Of a DNA stretch of 43,747 nucleotides, positions 27,251 to 37,320 are shown one piece after another. The stretch comes from Bradymonadia bacterium. Its GTDB lineage: Bacteria; Myxococcota_A; Bradymonadia; UBA7976; UBA1532. Position numbers and translations under genes: made by a program. The first letter of the stretch is position 1. Each line of letters opens with the position of its first letter. Below the pieces are notes generated by a model that was not told the origin of the DNA, searched no databases, and saw only the letters and a program-made list of their open reading frames with translations. The stretch covers positions 1 through 43,747 of the forward strand of contig JBKAGE010000065.1 of assembly GCA_046290225.1 (NCBI GenBank), read 5' to 3'.

Positions 27251-28844
27251 GGGTGGAGAGCCTCCACTTCAGCTTGATCTCCGACTGGCTGTACGGCGGC
27301 AGGGTGTGGGTGGTGGTCCACATGCCCTGGTCGTCGACCTCAATGCCGACGCTCTTGCCGTCGGCGCTGGCATTGAGCATCTGCACCTTCACTTCAGGCA
27401 CCTCGGAGACAGGCACGCGCTCGGTGACGTGCAAGCAGCGCTCTTCAGGGCCGTAGTTGCTGAGGTAGAGCACCAGCCGGTGGTCTTTGTGCACCCACTT
27501 GTCCACCGGATCGGTGTCGCTCTTCACGGTGACCTTGCGCACCACCTGCACGTCGGGGGCGGGGCCGAAGCCCAGCTCCATGGGGGCGCCGGGGGCCACG
27601 AAGAGCACCGTGCTCTCACCGACGATGCCGCCCTCGCGGATCAGCTCTACCGGCCCGGCGAGGATGGGATGAGCGCCGCTGTGATGGGCGGTGACGGCGA
27701 GGTGGGCCCCAGTGTCGATCTCCGCCATGAGCCGCCACTCGCAGTGAGCCGCGCTGGTGAAGCTGAAGAGGGGCACCCGCACGGGGCGGCCGTTGGAGGG
27801 TACGGTGACTGGCTCAGCGGCCTGCAGGGTGCGCACCTCGCCGCCGTCGTCCACACCAGGGAGCTCGACGGACCGAGGCATGGCCCCGCCTTTGCCCGTG
27901 GGGCCGGTGGTCTGCACCTCGACCTCACGTGTTTCCAATGGGGGCGGTGAGCCCTTCCGCTGGGCGTTGAGCAGATCGTCGCTGAGCAGCGGGGGCTCGT
28001 GGGCGGTGGAGCTGCGGGCGGTGGAGAACTTCAGCGTGGCGTTCGCCCAATCTTCGCCGGTGTGTTGCCAGAGGGTGGCGTCACAGGAGAACTGCAGCTG
28101 TGCACTGTCAGGGCCTTCGATGAGTCGTGCGCGGTGGCAAGGCCGCCACAGGGCACAGGGCACCACATAGGCCACCTCTACCTGGTAGAGGCCGTCGCTC
28201 TCCACGGTGAGATCGAGCTCTACCCGAGCTACGAGGGTGGCCCGGGCGTCGTTGAGGGTGGTCAGCGCGGTGATGTGGCGCTCGATGTCTTTGTGCAGCT
28301 CGATGCCTTTGAAGAAGCCCTCGAGATCTTCGGATTCGAGGGTGCCGAGCTGGTCGAAGAGCCCGTCAAAGACTTCGTTCCAGCGATCTGGATCGTGCCG
28401 GCCCCAGGCTACGTCGCCCGACAGCTCTGCAGCGCTGTGGTCGAGCATCTCGTCCACCATCTGCATTTGGCCTTGAGACCAGAGGCGCGACTCGGTGAGG
28501 GCGATCTGTTGTCCACGCAACGCTTCGAGTTGTCGTGTGTGCTCGGCGATTCGCAGGGCGCGCTCGCCTTCGGGATCTTGCAGGTGGGGCCGCCGGGCAC
28601 GGACCAGCCGGGTGTCGCTCACTCGGCCATTGCCTGGCCCCGAGAGACCGCCTCGCACTGAGACGTCCTGAGCAACAGGGGCCACGCCGGCGATGGCCAG
28701 CTTATGGGCGCCCACGGTGAGGGCCACCATGCCCCGGCGGATCACTTGTGCTCGATCTTCGAGCAGGGTGACCTCGACGACGGGCAGGTCCAGCAAGACG
28801 CGGCCCTCTTCCAGCGGGGGGAACACATGCTCGCTCGTCATCAC
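27243..28844 (-). CDS. DUF4140/DUF4139 family protein
   Basis: VVEVTLLEDRAQVIRRG, YVVPCALWRP, QHTGEDW...LKFSTA, ILAGPV and ERVPVSE. Confidence 0.8.
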   Translation of the reverse strand: MMTSEHVFPPLEEGRVLLDLPVVEVTLLEDRAQVIRRGMVALTVGAHKLAIAGVAPVAQDVSVRGGLSGPGNGRVSDTRLVRARRPHLQDPEGERALRIAEHTRQLEALRGQQIALTESRLWSQGQMQMVDEMLDHSAAELSGDVAWGRHDPDRWNEVFDGLFDQLGTLESEDLEGFFKGIELHKDIERHITALTTLNDARATLVARVELDLTVESDGLYQVEVAYVVPCALWRPCHRARLIEGPDSAQLQFSCDATLWQHTGEDWANATLKFSTARSSTAHEPPLLSDDLLNAQRKGSPPPLETREVEVQTTGPTGKGGAMPRSVELPGVDDGGEVRTLQAAEPVTVPSNGRPVRVPLFSFTSAAHCEWRLMAEIDTGAHLAVTAHHSGAHPILAGPVELIREGGIVGESTVLFVAPGAPMELGFGPAPDVQVVRKVTVKSDTDPVDKWVHKDHRLVLYLSNYGPEERCLHVTERVPVSEVPEVKVQMLNASADGKSVGIEVDDQGMWTTTHTLPPYSQSEIKLKWRLSTHE

Positions 28845-31216
28845 CGCTCCCTCCGATCACCGCCCACCAATTCGTTGTTGGCGTAGATTTTCACTGCGTA
28901 GCGGGCTTTGAGCTGCCGTCGACCGCCGGCCTCCAACGTGATGCGCCATCGGCGCCCACCTTCGAGGGGCCTCTTGCGCTCCCTCTGAGTGTAGGCCTCC
29001 CAAGCGGGCTCGACGTGAAGCTCGTCCACCACCACCTCGGCGTCTTTTGCGGGTTGGGGGAGACGCTCTCTGATCTCGATGTCCGCATCTCGCCGCAGCC
29101 GATTCACCAGCTCAATGTCGATATCGTGGACCAGCTCGGTCATCGCCACCACGCGCTCGCCGCTGCGCTGCGACTTGAAGTGGGTGTTCCGGGCGCAGGC
29201 GATGGCCTGCTCCACCCCGAGGCCCAGCTCGAAGCGGGCTTGTGGTGCCACCGTGGGTAGGGTGGTGGTGAGCACATACTCGTCGCCGATGTAGATCTCT
29301 GCGGGTCCGGCGAGCATGGGGGCTCGGGTGGGGTTGACGATCTGGGCGAGGCGGAACACTTGAGGGTCTTCTCGGGGCACGACCACATAGCGCACCTCGC
29401 ACTCGCCGGTCCGCGTACCCAGAGGGATGCTGTGGAACCGCCCGTCGCTGGGGACGTCGATGGGATCGTCGGCGACGTAGGTGTAATCGAAGAGGCCTGC
29501 GGATTGCCTGATGTCTTGTGTACCTGTGGGGTACGACAGCCCTTGCTGGAGGGAAGCGCGTTCGATGGCGTTTTGGAGCGCGATGTCGAGGTTGAAGGAT
29601 ATCTGCAGGCCAAAACGGCGCAGCCCGTCGTGGTAACGCTCGGTCAATGGAGCGGGTTCGAGCCCTGCCTGGTTCGAGCTGTCGGGGCTCGGCAGGTGTA
29701 ACATGTTGAAGGATGGCCTCTGGTCAGGGGGCCGAGGGCCACCACGACCACCCACTGCTGACGGGTCGGCTCTGTAGTTTGCTGCACTGCCTGCCTTCTT
29801 GAGCACAGCTCGACGCCGGCTCCTTGCTGGCTTCGCGACTGGAGAGGGTGGTGGCGGTGGCATGTCGGCTGCTCGAGTGATTTCGGAGAGCATGTGCATC
29901 TCATCAACAGACAGTATGCTGTTCAGGCCATCGTCCTCGTCGAGCATTGCAGAGCCTCCTGCCGCTGCTGGGCCTCCTGCCGCTGCTGGGCCTCCTGCCG
30001 CTGCTGGGCCTCCTGCCACAGCACCTGCCACTGGAATGCCACCAGCTGCTGCTGACACGCCGAACGCTTCCTCCATATCGTCGAGGCTCTTGTACTCAGG
30101 CAACATCACCTGGCTGAGGCCATTGATGAGCGAGTGAGCGCCTTGCGCCAAGCTTCGAGGTGCCACGGTGAAGTCCTTCTCTTCCACCTGTGGTGTGCTG
30201 GGGGGATCGAGGGGGCCTGCGAGCGTATTGCGATCACGGGTGAGGTCACGCAGCAGCGCCTGCGTGCCTCTGGATGGTGGCCGAAAGCCAGAGGCAGAGG
30301 GAGGCGATGGCTGTGCCCGGCCGATGCGCTGTGACTTCAGCTTCGGCAGCGCGGTGAAGGCTCTGGGCATGGCCGTGGACAACTGAAGCCGTACACCTCG
30401 CCAGTCTTCACCGGATCCTTGAGCCACCACTGCCCGCAGCGCGATGCGGGCCTCAGTGCCATCTGCGTCGAGGCTGATTTGATACTGAGGGCGCCAGCGG
30501 GCGCCAATGACTCGATACGACAGCTCCAGCTCGATAGGGCCTGAGGTGTCGTCCGTGGGCGAGAGGTCGATGTGCACCGATTTGCTCACCTGGCTGGCCC
30601 AGACCCGGCGTGCCGTGGAGACAGCCTCTTGCTGAGACACCAGGTCAGCGAAGGCTTTCTCTTGCTGGCCGAGTTGCTCGACGAGATCGCCCTTACGGGT
30701 CATGCGCTTGCGAATCTGGGTATCGATGAACTTCGCCAGAGCGAGTCGAGCCAGCATCGGAGACTGCTCTGGGCGGGCTGGACCGCCCCCTTTTCGGGTC
30801 TGAGGCCGGCCCGGCATCTCGATGTCTCTGAGCTGCGCGATCTCCGTGTTGAGCCTGTGTAGCTTCTGTGCGGTGCGCAGCACCTCGTGCTGAGCCACTT
30901 GTACCGCTTGCTCTTCGGGGGACTCTGCGACGTGCTCAGGCGCTTTCGCGAAGAGTGTGGTGTGACATGCCCCAGCGACAGCCGCGCCGCTCAGGATGCG
31001 GACCCTCACGGTGCTGTCGTCGAGGGCCATGGGCAGCCCTGCGATCTCCACCACTGACGGTAAGCCATCAGCCATGTCGACCACGCCGCGTCGATACACC
31101 GTGGCACCGCTCTGGTGCACCTTCACGGTGTGGATGTCAGCGTCGATGAGCAGGGGAGGAGGGCCGGGCTCCGGGGCCTCGGGCATGTGAACGGGCAGCG
31201 ATGTGGCAGATGCCAT
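28841..31216 (-). CDS. DUF4140/DUF4139 family protein (long form)
   Basis: IHTVKVHQSGATVYRRG, QGSGEDWRGVRLQLSTA, DVPSDG, PMLAGPAEIY and GGDRRE; paralogue of the adjacent gene. Confidence 0.8.
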   Translation of the reverse strand: MASATSLPVHMPEAPEPGPPPLLIDADIHTVKVHQSGATVYRRGVVDMADGLPSVVEIAGLPMALDDSTVRVRILSGAAVAGACHTTLFAKAPEHVAESPEEQAVQVAQHEVLRTAQKLHRLNTEIAQLRDIEMPGRPQTRKGGGPARPEQSPMLARLALAKFIDTQIRKRMTRKGDLVEQLGQQEKAFADLVSQQEAVSTARRVWASQVSKSVHIDLSPTDDTSGPIELELSYRVIGARWRPQYQISLDADGTEARIALRAVVAQGSGEDWRGVRLQLSTAMPRAFTALPKLKSQRIGRAQPSPPSASGFRPPSRGTQALLRDLTRDRNTLAGPLDPPSTPQVEEKDFTVAPRSLAQGAHSLINGLSQVMLPEYKSLDDMEEAFGVSAAAGGIPVAGAVAGGPAAAGGPAAAGGPAAAGGSAMLDEDDGLNSILSVDEMHMLSEITRAADMPPPPPSPVAKPARSRRRAVLKKAGSAANYRADPSAVGGRGGPRPPDQRPSFNMLHLPSPDSSNQAGLEPAPLTERYHDGLRRFGLQISFNLDIALQNAIERASLQQGLSYPTGTQDIRQSAGLFDYTYVADDPIDVPSDGRFHSIPLGTRTGECEVRYVVVPREDPQVFRLAQIVNPTRAPMLAGPAEIYIGDEYVLTTTLPTVAPQARFELGLGVEQAIACARNTHFKSQRSGERVVAMTELVHDIDIELVNRLRRDADIEIRERLPQPAKDAEVVVDELHVEPAWEAYTQRERKRPLEGGRRWRITLEAGGRRQLKARYAVKIYANNELVGGDRRER
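29954..30017. repeat. perfect 18-bp in-frame tandem repeat, about 3.5 copies (AAAGGP)
   Basis: GCCTCCTGCCGCTGCTGG three times, plus GCCTCCTGCC. Confidence 0.85.
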
Positions 31217-31295
31217 GGAGAGAAGGTTCAGCCTTTCTCGGCCTTCTTGCTCTTCTTCGATTTTTTGGCTGTACCTCTGATGCTCTTCCCAGCGC

Positions 31296-31372
31296 GAGCC
31301 GCCCTGCGGGCAGCTCTCCGCGACTTCGGCCTTTGGCCTACGTCGACTCCAAGCTGTCCGGCGAAGCCGGAC
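31296..31372. repeat. cluster of three short palindromes (REP-like)
   Basis: GAGCCGCCC-TGC-GGGCAGCTC, GGCC-TTT-GGCC-TAC (GTAG on the minus strand) and GTCCGGC-GAA-GCCGGAC. Confidence 0.5.
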
Positions 31373-31389
31373 GACTCACACTGTGAAGA

Positions 31390-32448
31390 TCATTGCTTCG
31401 ACGCCGCCTGCACAGCAGGCAGCCCCTTCACGAAGGCACGCACCTCTTTGTTGTATCGGGCAGAGCAGTCCATCTGGAGGGTGTGGCCGCAATCCTCCAG
31501 GGTCACGAGCTTAGATCCTTTGATGCCCTGATGGCCATACTCCATGATCTCTCGTGTGGGCGCGCCGTGCATGAAGGGGTTCGGGATCAAGCGATCCATG
31601 TCGCCGTGGATGATCAGCGTGGGCACCTTCACCTGGTCCAGGCTGCCGCGGACGAAGTCGTTGTCCGCGAGGCCGTGGATCGACTTCACGTTGGCGTAGG
31701 CGTAGCTGTTGAAGTCGTCAGTCTTCACCACCCGCACGCGCTCTTCGATGAGCCAGTTGTACTCCGACTTCCAGTTGTAGAAGTTGTTCCGGGCGATGCT
31801 GCCCCAGATGTTGTACTCGCCCTGAGACTTGATGAAGGCCACGCTGAGCACCGAGCGGAACCAGGCCTTCTCGCGGCGGCTGAACTTCTCGAAGCCCGCC
31901 GGCGCCGTGAGCACCAGGGCCCGCAGCTCGTCAGGAAACTGAATCGCGTACGACAGCGAGGTCTGGCCACCCATCGAGTGCCCCACCAAAATGGGCTTCT
32001 CGACCCCCTTCGCCTGCACCACCGCCCGGACCACCTGAGCCATGGCCTCCATCGTGTAGGGGAACTGGGCCGGCTTGCTCGACTTACCGTAGCCCAGCAT
32101 GTCGATGGCGATGACCCGGTAGCCCATGTTGGCGAAGTGGTTGAGCTGGTAGCGCCAGAACTTCAGGTACGACCCCAGACCGTGCACGAAGACGATGGTC
32201 TCCGCCCCCTTCGGGTTGAGCTCCACATAGCTGATCGTGGTGTTCACCGGCAGCCCGAAGCCCTCGTTGAGCTCGGGGATCAGCAGGTAGTCGTGGGGCC
32301 ACTCTTCACCGCCGGGGCCCAGGTAGGGGTAGGCCGAGAAGGGCAGAGGCTCTTTGTCAGCGTACGACTTGGGCATGTTGGCACAGCCCGACATCATCAG
32401 CCCGGTGAGGGCCAGCAACACAGAGACGTAAAAAGGTGTCTTCCGCAT
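31390..32448 (-). CDS. alpha/beta-hydrolase lipoprotein (lipase/esterase)
   Basis: Lipobox MSGC, FVHGLG, GHSMGG, HGDMD and CGH. Confidence 0.88.
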   Translation of the reverse strand: MRKTPFYVSVLLALTGLMMSGCANMPKSYADKEPLPFSAYPYLGPGGEEWPHDYLLIPELNEGFGLPVNTTISYVELNPKGAETIVFVHGLGSYLKFWRYQLNHFANMGYRVIAIDMLGYGKSSKPAQFPYTMEAMAQVVRAVVQAKGVEKPILVGHSMGGQTSLSYAIQFPDELRALVLTAPAGFEKFSRREKAWFRSVLSVAFIKSQGEYNIWGSIARNNFYNWKSEYNWLIEERVRVVKTDDFNSYAYANVKSIHGLADNDFVRGSLDQVKVPTLIIHGDMDRLIPNPFMHGAPTREIMEYGHQGIKGSKLVTLEDCGHTLQMDCSARYNKEVRAFVKGLPAVQAASKQ

Positions 32449-32450
32449 GA

Positions 32451-34154
32451 TCAGAACCCATACCAGGTGAAGGTGGAGAAGGCGGCCCAGGCGTTGCCGT
32501 CGACTTGCTCGTTGGCGTTGTAGAAGTTGCCGGTGAACATGTAGCCGGCGTGCAGGCCGAAGGTCATGAGGTACTTCAGGTGGTACTTCAGCTCGGCGTT
32601 CACCTCGGCGCCGATGGTCTGGCCGCGCTCGATGATCACGTCGTCGGCGTCATCGAAGTCACCGTCGTTGTTGCCATCGATCTGGGCGGGCTGGGGCTTC
32701 ACCGCAGACTGGGCCACCGCAGCGCCGAGCTTCAGGTTCAGGCGCTCGGGGAGCAGATCCTTCTGAGCGGTGACGATGGCCGTCTGCAGGCCGTAGCCCT
32801 GGTTGCTGATGTCGGTCACCGCGCCGGTGTAGTTGCTCACCGTGCTGGTGAAGGGGAACAGCAGCAGGGTCTTGTGGTTGAACCACACCGCGCCGGGCAG
32901 GCCGTAGTTGTTCAGGGTGAAGGCGCCAGAGTACTCGTCGTCACCGGGGTCTTCGTCACCGTTGGTGAGGAGGAGCTCGGCGGTGATGACGTCGTTCACG
33001 GTCTTGCCGTGGTTGTACATGAGCTCGAGGTTGGCGGCGTAGCCCCCGATGGTGAGCTTCTCGTTGAGCTGAGTGTCCTCTTCCTGAGACTCGTACTCGC
33101 CGCCGTTGTACATCAAGAAACCCGAGGCCCCGAAGTTGCCGGTCTTGAAGTCCACGTTGTGGTGGAAGTGCATGCCGAGGTAGCCCACGGTGCCCGTAGG
33201 CTGGCGGATGCGGAAGTTCGGCGTGCCGGTGTAGGCGAAGAGACCCGTGGACGACGGGCCGCTGGGCACGAGGCCCTCAAAGGCGAAGCCGCGGCCCTCG
33301 GTGTTGTCTTTGAGCACCATCAGGGTGAGGCCCACGATGGTGCCCGGCATCACCTCTTGCGCGTAGTCCAGAGAGCCCATGTGCACGTAGTACAACCGGG
33401 CGTCGTTCTCCGTGGCCTTCTTGGCCTGGGCGGCCCCCACGGGCAGGTACATGGCCTTGAAGTAGTGGTTGCCGAAGTGGCCGAAGACCGCCGCCCCCGT
33501 ACCGTCAGTGCCCAGGTAGGTGAGCTTGTAGCCCGTCTTGGTGATGGTGAACAGCGAGGTGATCGTCGGATCGTAGATGCTGTCGTACACCGACTGCGTA
33601 CCGATCAAGATCGACAGCTGCAGGGGGTTCTTCGTGGGATAGAGCGCCACATTGACGTTCTTGGTCTGGATGTTCACCTGATCGGCGTTGAGACCACCAC
33701 CCTGGTTGTTCTGAATCTGGTTCGCCGCCTGGCCCCAGGCGTAGTCGATCTCGAACTGAGCCCGGAAGGTGGCGTAGCCATCGACGAAGTTCGGGCTGTA
33801 GGCGATGACCGGGATCCAGCGCTGCTCGATGTACAGGGCGGTGTCGGCCCCCACGCTCGTGGCGCTGCCTGCTTCACCGATGCCGATGGGCCCCAGCGAG
33901 ACCCCTCGAAGACCCGCAGGGTCAGCCACCATGTTCGTGGCGCTGCCCCGGGTGAAGAAGTAGTTGATCAGCTTGAACTCGGAGGGCTCCGGCTCAGCGC
34001 TGCGATCGTGGCGCGACATCCAGTCCACGAAGTAGGGCCCCGGGCCCACCATCGGTGTGGGGCTGGCCTCGGCGGGGCTCGAGAAGGTGGCGGCCATGAG
34101 CACGCCACCCGCGAGGGCAGCGCGCTTCAGGGCGCCCTTCACCTCAGTGTACAT
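32451..34154 (-). CDS. probable outer-membrane beta-barrel protein
   Basis: Start moved to ATG 34154, giving a signal peptide ending AEA. Alternating amphipathic strands and a C-terminal beta-signal FSTFTWYGF. Confidence 0.7.
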   Translation of the reverse strand: MYTEVKGALKRAALAGGVLMAATFSSPAEASPTPMVGPGPYFVDWMSRHDRSAEPEPSEFKLINYFFTRGSATNMVADPAGLRGVSLGPIGIGEAGSATSVGADTALYIEQRWIPVIAYSPNFVDGYATFRAQFEIDYAWGQAANQIQNNQGGGLNADQVNIQTKNVNVALYPTKNPLQLSILIGTQSVYDSIYDPTITSLFTITKTGYKLTYLGTDGTGAAVFGHFGNHYFKAMYLPVGAAQAKKATENDARLYYVHMGSLDYAQEVMPGTIVGLTLMVLKDNTEGRGFAFEGLVPSGPSSTGLFAYTGTPNFRIRQPTGTVGYLGMHFHHNVDFKTGNFGASGFLMYNGGEYESQEEDTQLNEKLTIGGYAANLELMYNHGKTVNDVITAELLLTNGDEDPGDDEYSGAFTLNNYGLPGAVWFNHKTLLLFPFTSTVSNYTGAVTDISNQGYGLQTAIVTAQKDLLPERLNLKLGAAVAQSAVKPQPAQIDGNNDGDFDDADDVIIERGQTIGAEVNAELKYHLKYLMTFGLHAGYMFTGNFYNANEQVDGNAWAAFSTFTWYGF

Positions 34155-34198
34155 AAGGTCTTCTCCGTCTGGGCGGGCGGGGGTGAATGCGCCTGAGT

Positions 34199-34915
34199 TC
34201 AGGGCGCCTCGCTGATGCGGTAGAGCATGACGGCGTTCCCCTCGAAGGGGGTGTCGGCGCCGTTGAGGAAGACGGTGCCCGGAGCACCGACGGCGCCATC
34301 TGCGCAGCGGTGACCCACGGCCTGATCCTTGAAGTAGAACTCCAGCTCGATGGTGGAGCCGTCGGCGCTGATGCGACCGCGGCCCTCCTGGCCGAAGCCG
34401 GGGTAGGTGGCGGTGACGTCGAAGCACTCGCCGTTGCCCTCGATGTTGGTGAGCACCACGGCGGTACTCACGAACTCGAGGGGGATCCCCTCCACGTCGC
34501 GGTTGCAGGTGCCCACGTCACCGGTCTCCGGGGCGTTCTCGAGGTTGCCCAGCACGGTGCGGGTGGTCCACTGCGTGCCCAACACCGTGATCTCGGTGAG
34601 GTTGTAGCACTGGGTGGCCTGACCGAAGTTTACGTTCTCGTCGAAGCCGTTGGGGTGGCTCGGGGTGTCGGCGCCGGCCATCAACAGCACCTTGCCGTCG
34701 AGGTAGGCCTCGATCTTCGAGGTCGAGGTGAAGTCGAGCTCTCCACCGATGATCGCGGCGTCGCGTGCTGGCTGGCGGGCGCCCGCGTCGGCCTCGCCGG
34801 TGGCGCCGCCTTCACCGGTGACGATGTAGATGTCGTCCCCATCGGCGCAGCCGCCGAAGGCGCCGAGGGCAAGGGTCAGGCACGCTGCGGTGCCGAAGTT
34901 CTTGAGGGTGTTCAT
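34199..34915 (-). CDS. hypothetical lipoprotein
   Basis: Start ATG 34915, lipobox FGGC, four further Cys, strong GC3 bias. Confidence 0.7.
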   Translation of the reverse strand: MNTLKNFGTAACLTLALGAFGGCADGDDIYIVTGEGGATGEADAGARQPARDAAIIGGELDFTSTSKIEAYLDGKVLLMAGADTPSHPNGFDENVNFGQATQCYNLTEITVLGTQWTTRTVLGNLENAPETGDVGTCNRDVEGIPLEFVSTAVVLTNIEGNGECFDVTATYPGFGQEGRGRISADGSTIELEFYFKDQAVGHRCADGAVGAPGTVFLNGADTPFEGNAVMLYRISEAP

Positions 34916-34987
34916 GTCTCTCGCCTCGGCCCAGAGGGCCCGAAAAGGTGCACAGCCCCGCAACCTTGCGGGGCGGTCGAAGTGTGA

Positions 34988-37216
34988 TCAGCCCTGGCGG
35001 CTGCGCTGACGACGGCGGAGGCCGAGGAGCATCAAGCCGAGCACCACGGCGCCCCAGGGGGCCTTGCCGTGAGCGCTGGCGCTGCAGCCCCAGTACTCCT
35101 TACCCACCTTCCGGGGGCCTTCGTCTGTCGCCTCGCCACCGGCCCCGGCAGTGCCACCACCGCCTGCGCCACCGGCCCCCGCTGCGCCACCACCAGCGCC
35201 GCCAGCGGCGCCCTCTTCAACGAGGTTGACGGTGATTTCGCTCTGTCCGAGAAAGGTGCCCACTGGGGGGGTGAAGGCCCGGGCCACCAGATCCTTGGGG
35301 CCCAGCTCCACGTTGCGTACGTCCCAGTCGAAGGTGTAGGGGGGCACCCGGTCGATGCCCAGGCCCTGCTCACCTTCTGGGGTGATCCAGTAGAGCAGCA
35401 CCCCGCTCACGGGGGTCTCTGCGGGGTTGGGGGTCACCTCCACCTCGATGGTGAGGATCGGACCGCTCACGTCGGCCCCTTCAGCGAGGCCCACGAAGCC
35501 CACCTCTGCCGTGGCCGCAGGCGTCGCCACCGTGACCTCAACGGGATCAGAGGTGGTCGAGTTCCCTGCGGCGTCGTACGCCACTGCGGTGAGGGTGTAG
35601 GGCCCGGGGTCGACGGCGGTGACGTCCCAGCTGACGGTGAAGGGCTCGCTGTTGGCGGTGCCGATCGGATCGCTGCCGGCGAAGAACTCCACCCGGGCCA
35701 CGCTGTTGTTGTCGGTGGCCTCGGCGACGATGGGGGCCAGGCCCGCGATCTCGCTGCCGCCGCGGGGACTGGTGAGGGTGACCTCAGGGGGCGTGTTGTC
35801 TTCGGCGCCGCCGCTCACGGTGACCTGGGTATCGGCGTCCACGCCCATGTTCCCAGCAGCATCCAGGGCCTCAGCAGTGAGGGTGTAGTCGCCGTTCACG
35901 GCGTTGCTGGCGTCCCAGGTGATCTGCCAGGGGGCGCTGTTGGCGGTGCCGATGACCTGACCGTTGGCCTTGAAGGTGACCTCGGTGACGCCGACATTGT
36001 CGTCGGCATCAGCACTCACCACGACGTTGCCGCTCACCATGGTCCCGGAAGCCGGGGCGGTGATGTTCACCGTGGGGGGCGTGCGATCACCACCACCGCC
36101 ACCACCGCCAGGGCCGCCGCCTTCACCGGTGATGCCGAAGAAGCGGGCGATCTGCAGGGTGCTGCACACCCCGACGTTGGAGAAGTAGAGACCGAAACCC
36201 GAGGGCGGACACTCATCGCCGAGAGGCACAGTGTGGCCGGCGTTGTAGCTCCAGACCTCGATGACGCCCTGGCCCTCGCCGTTGTTGAACACCTTCTGGG
36301 TGGCGGAGCCCACGTTGTTGGTCTCCGAAGGCGCGTTGATGTCGGCGTTGATGCCGTGCACGTTCGACCACTGGTCGTAGAGCTCGGTCTGGTTTCGGGT
36401 GGCCACGGTGAAGTCACTCGAGCCCTGCCAGATCGAGACCCAGGGGAGCGGGCCGTCGTAGTTGGGGTTGGCGCGGCGCACGTAGTCACCCCAGACCTGG
36501 GGCGTAAAGTCTTTACCGGGGCTGAGGCAGGTGCGGACCTCGGGATCGTAGTTGGCCTCACCAGCGGCGCCGCCGGGGGGGTCGTAGCAGAGGTAGGGGA
36601 TCCCGGCGATGGGGGCCCCGGCAGCGAAGACATCGGGCCAGGTGGCCAGCATGAGTGCGGTCATGGCACCACCGCCTGAGAACCCGGTGATGAACACCTT
36701 GTCCTGATCGACGCTGTGGTTGTCGATGGCCCAGTTGATCATGTTGATGATCGACTGGTTTTCACCATCACCACGCTCGATGTTGTCCGGCTCGCCGAAC
36801 TCGCCCCCCCAGTTGAAACAGGTGGCGGCGTTGTTGTTGAAGTTCTGCTCGGGGTAGAGCACGTAGAAGCCGTGCTCGTCGGCGAGGCGCTCCCAGCCGG
36901 CGCTTCGATAGTTACCGGCGTTCTGGCTGCAGCCGTGCAGGCCGAGGACGAGTGGTGCGGGCCCCTGGGGCGCTGGCGATGGCACATAGAAATACATGGC
37001 CAGCTCGCCGGGGTTGGCGCCGAAGTTGGCCACCCGCATGTACTGGCCCGCGCCATTCATGGCGCTCTGACGCTCGCCTGTGGCTGGGGGGGCTTCGTCG
37101 GCGGGGCCATATGGGCTTGTGGTGACATCACCACAGCCTGACAACAACGTCCCCATAAGCGTCGCTGCAACAAGGGCGGTGAGGGCGGTCGCGGTGAGAG
37201 ATGCTGGCTTGCTCAT
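34988..37216 (-). CDS. PHB-depolymerase-family esterase with Ig-like (Big) repeats and a MYXO-CTERM-like tail
   Basis: Start ATG 37216. Lipobox LSGC, FGANPGELAMYFYVP, LHGC oxyanion, CFNW, GFSGGG lipase box, WPDVFAAGA, two to three Ig-like units (DxTPPxVxITxP...), and GCSAS...LGLRRRQR. Confidence 0.85.
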   Translation of the reverse strand: MSKPASLTATALTALVAATLMGTLLSGCGDVTTSPYGPADEAPPATGERQSAMNGAGQYMRVANFGANPGELAMYFYVPSPAPQGPAPLVLGLHGCSQNAGNYRSAGWERLADEHGFYVLYPEQNFNNNAATCFNWGGEFGEPDNIERGDGENQSIINMINWAIDNHSVDQDKVFITGFSGGGAMTALMLATWPDVFAAGAPIAGIPYLCYDPPGGAAGEANYDPEVRTCLSPGKDFTPQVWGDYVRRANPNYDGPLPWVSIWQGSSDFTVATRNQTELYDQWSNVHGINADINAPSETNNVGSATQKVFNNGEGQGVIEVWSYNAGHTVPLGDECPPSGFGLYFSNVGVCSTLQIARFFGITGEGGGPGGGGGGGDRTPPTVNITAPASGTMVSGNVVVSADADDNVGVTEVTFKANGQVIGTANSAPWQITWDASNAVNGDYTLTAEALDAAGNMGVDADTQVTVSGGAEDNTPPEVTLTSPRGGSEIAGLAPIVAEATDNNSVARVEFFAGSDPIGTANSEPFTVSWDVTAVDPGPYTLTAVAYDAAGNSTTSDPVEVTVATPAATAEVGFVGLAEGADVSGPILTIEVEVTPNPAETPVSGVLLYWITPEGEQGLGIDRVPPYTFDWDVRNVELGPKDLVARAFTPPVGTFLGQSEITVNLVEEGAAGGAGGGAAGAGGAGGGGTAGAGGEATDEGPRKVGKEYWGCSASAHGKAPWGAVVLGLMLLGLRRRQRSRQG

Positions 37217-37320
37217 CGTATCGTCCTGGCAACAGTGCGGGTGGCTGCCGAACAAGAGCGCGATCCCCAGCGCTTGAGCAACGCTGGGGCGGGATTGTTG
37301 CGTTGCGTCATCGGTGGCCG

